This document shows positions 57,856 to 64,000 of a DNA stretch of 64,000 nucleotides, piece after piece. Where the stretch lies: positions 31,163 to 95,162 of the forward strand of contig JBJDXJ010000049.1 of the NCBI GenBank assembly GCA_051866635.1. The letters run 5' to 3'. This DNA comes from Clostridia bacterium (GTDB lineage: Bacteria > Bacillota > Clostridia > UMGS1883). The notes beneath the pieces were generated by a model. That model made no database searches and was not told where the DNA came from. It saw only the letters and a list, made by a program, of their open reading frames with translations. Made by a program: the position numbers and the translations under genes. The first letter of the stretch is position 1. Each line of letters starts with the position of its first letter.

Positions 57856-60800
57856 ATGAAAACCAAACATTTTTCTATGAAATCAGTTATTTCCATGCTG
57901 CTTGCACTCGTTATTATCGGAGGCACACTCCCTGTGTCGGTCTTTGCGGCACAGTCCAATGAATATGTCGATCCGGCGGATAATTGGCTGTCATCAAACA
58001 ACCGTACCAACGAGCTTGATGTAAATGCCACTATCACAAACGAAACGCAATATTGTAATGTCTGCAAGAAATTCACAAGCGTACTTACCTATCGTGTTCC
58101 CGAATATACAAAGACGGGAGAAACAGCGCTTAATCGTGGAGTACGATATTCGGACGGTACCTGCATTGACGGCGTTTCAAAAGGAAACCTTGATAACGGC
58201 ACTCCCGGTATTGATGCGTACTATACAGGGTATCACTTTACGAAGGCTGTATGCCAAACCTGCGGAACGATAAACTCCGGTGACGGTCCCACCGATTATG
58301 ATTTTAATAACAATGTTTACAGCTTAAACAGCTGCGACCATAACTTTTTCTTGGACTTTGACGCCACCACATACGAGCCGTATGATGAAGGCAGACATTT
58401 AACTACATTAAAACGCGGCGAATACTGCAAGTTCTGTAAAGGAACATTTGCAAGAGCGTCAAGAGGACTTGAATCACATGATTTTACAGAAAGCGTAGAT
58501 GCACAGCTCGGCAATAACCGTTTTTATGTTGCTGAAAAATGCGATGACTGCGGATATGAAACAAGCGAATATGTAACTGCAAAATCGGTTGTGGCTTCCT
58601 ATTACGGAACAGCAGACGGCGAAGCGCATACACTGACTGTTTCCGACATCTCGGACAGCGGCGTTAAAACAAGTATCCGTTACGGTGATACTGCCGATAA
58701 CTGTACAAAAAGTTCTGCTCCCAACTACACACAACCGGGATATTATACTGTGTACTACAGAATCAATTACAGCTATGCCGGAGAAACAATGACAGAGAAT
58801 GGTGTTTCCTATGTATGGCTTGTAAATAATGATGATTCGGACAGCAATGATACTATTATAGCAGTTCCCCCGGCTCACGAACACGATTATCATTATCTTG
58901 AAACAGTTCCACCAAGCTGTGAAAATCTTGGCTATGACAGATTCCAATGTAATGGCTGTGGTAATTTAATTAAAACAAATTACACTCCATCAACAGGGCA
59001 TACATATAAGGCAGTTACTATCCGTGAAGCAACTTGTAAGCAAGGCGGTCTTAAATTATGGCTGTGTTCCGACTGCGGAGATTTCTATGAGGAAACAACT
59101 CCCCTTGCTACTCACAGCTACAAAACAGTAAAGCATAATCCAACTTGCAGAATAACAGGTTATACGGAGCATATCTGCGAGGTGTGCGGTGATAACTATA
59201 TAACCGATATTACACCGATTATCTCTCACGCATACGAAAATATCACAAAAGAGCCGACTTGTACGGAAAAAGGCTATACAACACATACTTGTACAATGTG
59301 TGATTATCATTATGTAAGTGATTACACAGATGCACTCGGTCATTCTTGGGATGAAGGTCATACAGTAACAAACTCCACTTGTGAAGCTGAAGGTGTTATT
59401 GAGTATCATTGTTTAAATGATGGTTGTACAGAAAAGATGATTAAGGCAACAAACGCAAACGGACACACTTCCGGAGCTGCTGCAACTTGCACAGAACCTC
59501 AAAGATGTACTGTATGTGATACAGTTTTGGAACTTCCGACAGGACATCACTATGACAGCGAGGTTATAGCGCCAACTTGTACCTCAATGGGATATACTTT
59601 TTATACTTGCCGTGACTGCGGCGATACCTACACGGGAGATTATACAGACAAAGCAGAACATAATTACAAAAAGACCGTGACTGCTCCTACTTGCACAAGT
59701 CACGGCTATGCAACATATACTTGCAAAGATTGCGGTCATTCTTTTGTATCTGATTACACGGAGAAGATAAATCATAGCTACGATAAAAATGTAACTGCAC
59801 CTACTTGTACATCAATGGGTTATACAACTTATGTGTGTGCGGATTGCGGTGACGCATACAAAGCTGATTATGTTGATATGACAGAGCATAACTATAACAA
59901 GGAAACTGTAGAGCCGACTTGTACAGAACACGGCTATGCTGTATATACTTGCCCTGATTGCGGAAAGTCATATATCGGTGATTTCACAGATTGTAAAGAA
60001 CATCACTATACCGAAACAGTAATTGCTCCGACTTGCACATCAATGGGTTATACCATTTTCAAGTGTGAGGATTGTGATGATGAATACAAAGGTAACTACA
60101 CAGATAAGATTCCTCACAATTACAAAGGTACAATAACAGAAGCAACTTGCACCTCGCACGGATATACAACATATTCTTGTGAAGATTGTGACGCAGAATA
60201 TATAGGTGATTACACAGAGCAAGCCAATCACACATACGAAGGTACAGTAACCGAGCCGACCTGTCTCGAACTTGGCTTTACAACCTATGTATGCTCTGCT
60301 TGCGGAGATACCTATAAGGCTGAATACAAAGAAGCTTTAGGACATACTCCTTCAGATTGGATAATTGATATTCCTGCGACTATCAACAATGCCGGAGAAA
60401 AGCATACTGAATGTTCTGTCTGCGGTTTAAGACTTATGACAGTTGCACTCCCGCAGCTTATGGGCAGAGATTTTTCTGACGAGGACGGGCTTGCAGTTGT
60501 AGGCGATTATTCTATCAAGCTTTATGATAAGAACAATATGCCTGTTTGGAACGCAGAAGTAACTATTGATGTAAATGATAATGTTTCAATCATCTTACCC
60601 GATGGCAGACTTTTAGATTATGCAGACCAAACAACTATTGAAGCTACAAGAACAGAAAGCGGTGAAGCTGCACCAAATCTTGCAATCTTTATCGTAGATA
60701 AGAACAATAACAATGCAACAGGCAAAACAGATAAAAGCGGAATATTGAAAGTTCCCAACAATCAATCCTCCACAGGTGACAATAACGGCACAATCGGCAA

Positions 60801-63288
60801 AGAAAATGATACATTCGTTGTAACTGTAACCGATAAAACAAATGTTGTTATTTCAAACTGTGATATTAAGATTGGTGAAAGCAATAACATAGTTATTGAC
60901 TTGCCGGAGGGCATTAAACCTACTCGTGAAAATCCTGTTTTAGTAACTGTTGTTGACCACAACGGCAAAGCACAGGAAGGTATTACAATAATTGCTATCG
61001 GTGATTCTGATTTTATGGAAAAAGGTAGCACCGATATGTACGGCAAGATTACACTCCCTACTGCATCGGACGGATACACGGACGAGAACGGAAAGGTTAA
61101 TGTTGATAATATCAATGTAATCGTAAATGATGAAATCGGCGTAATTTCCAATGCTTATGTCAAGCACAACGAGGACGGAACAATCAATGTAACGCTACCC
61201 GATGAAAAGACAATCAGCTATGCAAACCGCATTACCGTAACTGTGCTTGATTCTGTCGGAAAGCCTGTTGTAGATGTTAATGTAACCGTAAGCGATGTTG
61301 CAGAAAAATCATATACTGCAAACACAGATGAAAACGGTACTATCGTTGTACCTCCTCTTTCTGAGGATATGACAGATAATGAGGGTAAGGCTGTTGTAAA
61401 CGGATATAACATACTTATCGAAGATGAAACAAAGCCAATTGAAAATGCTTTTGTATATATTAAGGACAATAAAATCTATGTTGAACTTCCCGAAGGCATA
61501 ATATTCGATTATAACAACAGAATTACCGCTACAATCACAGACAAGGACAATGCACCCGTCAAGGATATGTCAGTAACCTTTACCGACAGCACAGATAAGA
61601 CAGAAACAAACCTCACTGACGAAAACGGAAAAGCAACCGTACCGCCTATCTACATTGACTATACAGATGTAAACGGATATTCAGAGGTTGATGGTTTCGT
61701 AGTAACTGTAACAAGTGAAAAAGGTGCTATTGAGAAGGCTTTTGTAACTCACAATGCAGAAGTTAAAAACGAAAATGAAACTGTTAAGACAGAAGAAAAC
61801 ATTTCAATCGAGCTTCCGGAAAACAGCAAGTTCGATTATGCAAACCGAATTACTGTTACAGTATTTAACAAAGCTGATAATACTCCGATTAAGGATATGG
61901 AAGTAATCGTTTCAGAGCTTCCCGAATCCGATGCAGAGCCTAAAGTGTTAAAGGATAAGACCAACGAAAAAGGTATGGCAGTATATCCTCCGCTTTCTGA
62001 AGATATAACTGATGACAATGGTGATTCAGGTGTAACCGAAGAAAAGCCAAAAGACGAAACGGGTGAAGTTGAAACTACATCTTACATTGTTAAGGTAAAT
62101 GATACTAAAGGCATTATCACAGGTGCGTTTATCGAAATCAAAGACGGAAAAGTTTATGTTACTCTTCCCGAAGATAAGACTTTAACTACATCTAATCAGA
62201 CAACTGTAACTGTTCTTGGCAAAGATAATAAGCCTGTTCAAGGTATTTTGGTAACTGTTAAAGATGCTACAACCGAAAAGAGTTCAACCACAAATTCAAG
62301 CGGACAGATTACAGTTCCCGTTAAGACTTCTTCCGGTGGTGGCGGTGGTTCATCAAGCGGTGGCAGCTCCGGCGGTGGCGGATACAGCATTTCTACTATA
62401 AATGTTAAAGTAATTGATAAAGATGGAAAAGCTGTAACTGTATCAAAATCAACAGGCACAGACAAAATCACACTTACACTTCCAACAGGTAAAGATTTGT
62501 CAAAGGATGATAACTACTACACCATTACTGTTACAGACAGAAACGGCAAGGCTAAAGCTGATTATACAGTTGTCTTAAAGGATAAGAACTCAAACGAGCT
62601 TACAGGCAAAACCGATGACGAAGGAATACTTGTTCTTCCGACAAAGGAACACAAGGCATATATCGTTGGTTACAATGACGGCACATTCAGAGCAGATAAT
62701 GATATGACAAGAGCTGAAGCTGCTGCTATCTTTGCAAGGCTTATTTCAGAGGAAAAGAACGAAAAGATTGGCGGTAAATCCACATTCAAGGATATTGATA
62801 AAAATGCTTGGTATGCTGATTATGTAGGTTATCTTGAAAAATACAATGTCATAAACGGATACAATGACGGCACATTCAGATCGGAGGATAATGTTACAAG
62901 AGCAGAGTTTGTTACAATGGCAGTCAGATACTACGAAATATTTAACGAGGTCAAGAAAACAGGCTACACAGTTAAATATACCGATGTATCTTCAAGCTAT
63001 TGGGCATATACTGACATAGCTTTTGCAAAGAATATCGGTTGGCTGAACGGATATGCTGACGGAACATTTAAGGGTGATAAAAACATCACAAGAGCCGAGG
63101 TTGTAACAGTAACAAATCACGCAACAGGCAGAACTCCTGATGAAGATTTTATCACAAAGAATGTAACAACTCTTAACCGCTTTACAGACCTCAAGAATAA
63201 CTCTCATTGGGCATACAATGATATTATGGAAGCAGCTAATACTCATAAGGCTGTTACACATAAGGATAGCGAAACTTGGGTGAAATAA
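57856..63288 (+). CDS. Large secreted SLH-anchored protein with Cys/His repeats and Ig-like repeats
   Basis: Signal peptide; >10 PTCTxxGYTxxxCxxC...H repeats; repeated DYANRITVTV modules; Gly/Ser linker; three C-terminal SLH motifs (GY.DGTF.....TRAE). Confidence 0.88.
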   Translation: MKTKHFSMKSVISMLLALVIIGGTLPVSVFAAQSNEYVDPADNWLSSNNRTNELDVNATITNETQYCNVCKKFTSVLTYRVPEYTKTGETALNRGVRYSDGTCIDGVSKGNLDNGTPGIDAYYTGYHFTKAVCQTCGTINSGDGPTDYDFNNNVYSLNSCDHNFFLDFDATTYEPYDEGRHLTTLKRGEYCKFCKGTFARASRGLESHDFTESVDAQLGNNRFYVAEKCDDCGYETSEYVTAKSVVASYYGTADGEAHTLTVSDISDSGVKTSIRYGDTADNCTKSSAPNYTQPGYYTVYYRINYSYAGETMTENGVSYVWLVNNDDSDSNDTIIAVPPAHEHDYHYLETVPPSCENLGYDRFQCNGCGNLIKTNYTPSTGHTYKAVTIREATCKQGGLKLWLCSDCGDFYEETTPLATHSYKTVKHNPTCRITGYTEHICEVCGDNYITDITPIISHAYENITKEPTCTEKGYTTHTCTMCDYHYVSDYTDALGHSWDEGHTVTNSTCEAEGVIEYHCLNDGCTEKMIKATNANGHTSGAAATCTEPQRCTVCDTVLELPTGHHYDSEVIAPTCTSMGYTFYTCRDCGDTYTGDYTDKAEHNYKKTVTAPTCTSHGYATYTCKDCGHSFVSDYTEKINHSYDKNVTAPTCTSMGYTTYVCADCGDAYKADYVDMTEHNYNKETVEPTCTEHGYAVYTCPDCGKSYIGDFTDCKEHHYTETVIAPTCTSMGYTIFKCEDCDDEYKGNYTDKIPHNYKGTITEATCTSHGYTTYSCEDCDAEYIGDYTEQANHTYEGTVTEPTCLELGFTTYVCSACGDTYKAEYKEALGHTPSDWIIDIPATINNAGEKHTECSVCGLRLMTVALPQLMGRDFSDEDGLAVVGDYSIKLYDKNNMPVWNAEVTIDVNDNVSIILPDGRLLDYADQTTIEATRTESGEAAPNLAIFIVDKNNNNATGKTDKSGILKVPNNQSSTGDNNGTIGKENDTFVVTVTDKTNVVISNCDIKIGESNNIVIDLPEGIKPTRENPVLVTVVDHNGKAQEGITIIAIGDSDFMEKGSTDMYGKITLPTASDGYTDENGKVNVDNINVIVNDEIGVISNAYVKHNEDGTINVTLPDEKTISYANRITVTVLDSVGKPVVDVNVTVSDVAEKSYTANTDENGTIVVPPLSEDMTDNEGKAVVNGYNILIEDETKPIENAFVYIKDNKIYVELPEGIIFDYNNRITATITDKDNAPVKDMSVTFTDSTDKTETNLTDENGKATVPPIYIDYTDVNGYSEVDGFVVTVTSEKGAIEKAFVTHNAEVKNENETVKTEENISIELPENSKFDYANRITVTVFNKADNTPIKDMEVIVSELPESDAEPKVLKDKTNEKGMAVYPPLSEDITDDNGDSGVTEEKPKDETGEVETTSYIVKVNDTKGIITGAFIEIKDGKVYVTLPEDKTLTTSNQTTVTVLGKDNKPVQGILVTVKDATTEKSSTTNSSGQITVPVKTSSGGGGGSSSGGSSGGGGYSISTINVKVIDKDGKAVTVSKSTGTDKITLTLPTGKDLSKDDNYYTITVTDRNGKAKADYTVVLKDKNSNELTGKTDDEGILVLPTKEHKAYIVGYNDGTFRADNDMTRAEAAAIFARLISEEKNEKIGGKSTFKDIDKNAWYADYVGYLEKYNVINGYNDGTFRSEDNVTRAEFVTMAVRYYEIFNEVKKTGYTVKYTDVSSSYWAYTDIAFAKNIGWLNGYADGTFKGDKNITRAEVVTVTNHATGRTPDEDFITKNVTTLNRFTDLKNNSHWAYNDIMEAANTHKAVTHKDSETWVK

Positions 63289-63390
63289 TCCTTTGTGCAA
63301 AAGGCAGAAAGCAGTCCGAAAGGATTGCTTTTCTGCCTGCTTTGCGGTATAATGTCTTTATAGATAAATCGGAATTTGAAGAGGTTAAAT

Positions 63391-63903
63391 ATGATACTTG
63401 AAACAGACAGACTGTACATGAGAGAGCTAATACAATCTGATTACAATGCTTTATGTCAAATTTTGCAGGACGAAAAAACAATGTACGCTTATGAAGGTGC
63501 ATTCAGTGATTCGGAAGTGAAAGAATGGCTTGACCGGCAGCTTATGCGTTATCAGAAATGGAATTTTGGATTGTGGGCTGTTATCTTGAAAAACACAAAT
63601 AAACTGATTGGGCAATGCGGACTTACGATGCAGTCATGGAAAGATACGGAAGTACTTGAAATAGGTTATCTTTTCAATCGTACATATTGGCATAAAGGGT
63701 ATGCAACAGAAGCAGCAAAAGCCTGTAAAAAATACGCTTTTGAAATATTGAAAGCAAGTGAAGTTTGTTCCATTATCAGAGATACGAATATTGCATCTCA
63801 AAATGTAGCAGTTAGGAATGGAATGACTGTAAAAGATAGGTGGATAAAGCATTACAGAGGCGTAGATATGCCGCATTACAGATATGTAGTTTATAACAAG
63901 TAA
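63391..63903 (+). CDS. GNAT (RimJ/RimL-type) N-acetyltransferase
   Basis: ILETDRL, EIGYLF..YWHKGYATEAA, NIASQNVA; own TATAAT promoter overlapping the upstream terminator. Confidence 0.9.
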   Translation: MILETDRLYMRELIQSDYNALCQILQDEKTMYAYEGAFSDSEVKEWLDRQLMRYQKWNFGLWAVILKNTNKLIGQCGLTMQSWKDTEVLEIGYLFNRTYWHKGYATEAAKACKKYAFEILKASEVCSIIRDTNIASQNVAVRNGMTVKDRWIKHYRGVDMPHYRYVVYNK

Positions 63904-64000
63904 ATTCCGGTTTATATTACCGCAAATAAAATTTCTGTTTTGAAATTTTTTTGACTATACAACCGTTTCATTATACAATGAAATCAGCAGAAATGCAGAA

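Larger units (their letters stand above)
37170..64000 (+). mobile_element. Integrative conjugative/mobilisable element, left part (probably continues beyond the window)
   Basis: repA_N, parA, parB, helicase-methylase, tnpV, oriT, mobC, relaxase, pcfB all co-oriented; starts at the lysS repeat; integrase and T4SS genes not seen. Confidence 0.88.

Noticed and set aside
58880-60430. Diversity-generating retroelement or shufflon in the repeat region
   Set aside because: Repeats are diverged protein-level repeats; no reverse transcriptase and no adenine-specific TR/VR pair

Overview
Chromosomal window of a low-GC, spore-forming Clostridia-class bacterium (spoIID, spoIIID, spoVAC/D, SLH proteins, clpC/E, lysS) with two accessory zones. 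(1) About 2.5-12.9 kb: a type IV AbiE toxin-antitoxin (TA) pair, then a tyrosine recombinase followed by a ~0.3 kb segment bounded by perfect 27-bp dif-like inverted repeats. The segment holds a consensus TTGACA-N17-TATAAT promoter that currently points back into the recombinase (an invertible promoter). It is followed by a long leader with two copies of a ~135-nt structured element, a 1739-aa secreted PI-PLC-domain protein, a probable type I TA and a DinJ/YafQ pair. (2) From 32.8 kb: two elements in tandem at the 3' end of lysS (141-bp duplication). One is a 4.4-kb integrase-less island with two C5 methyltransferases and a PLD-type restriction nuclease. The other is the left part of a RepA_N/ParAB conjugative element with a 2962-aa helicase-methyltransferase that contains a complete nested tnpV transcription unit in another frame, a second AbiE pair, oriT-mobC-relaxase-pcfB, a Cys-repeat SLH protein and a GNAT gene. 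No rRNA, tRNA or CRISPR array was seen. Family calls come from motif recognition by eye, not database searches.
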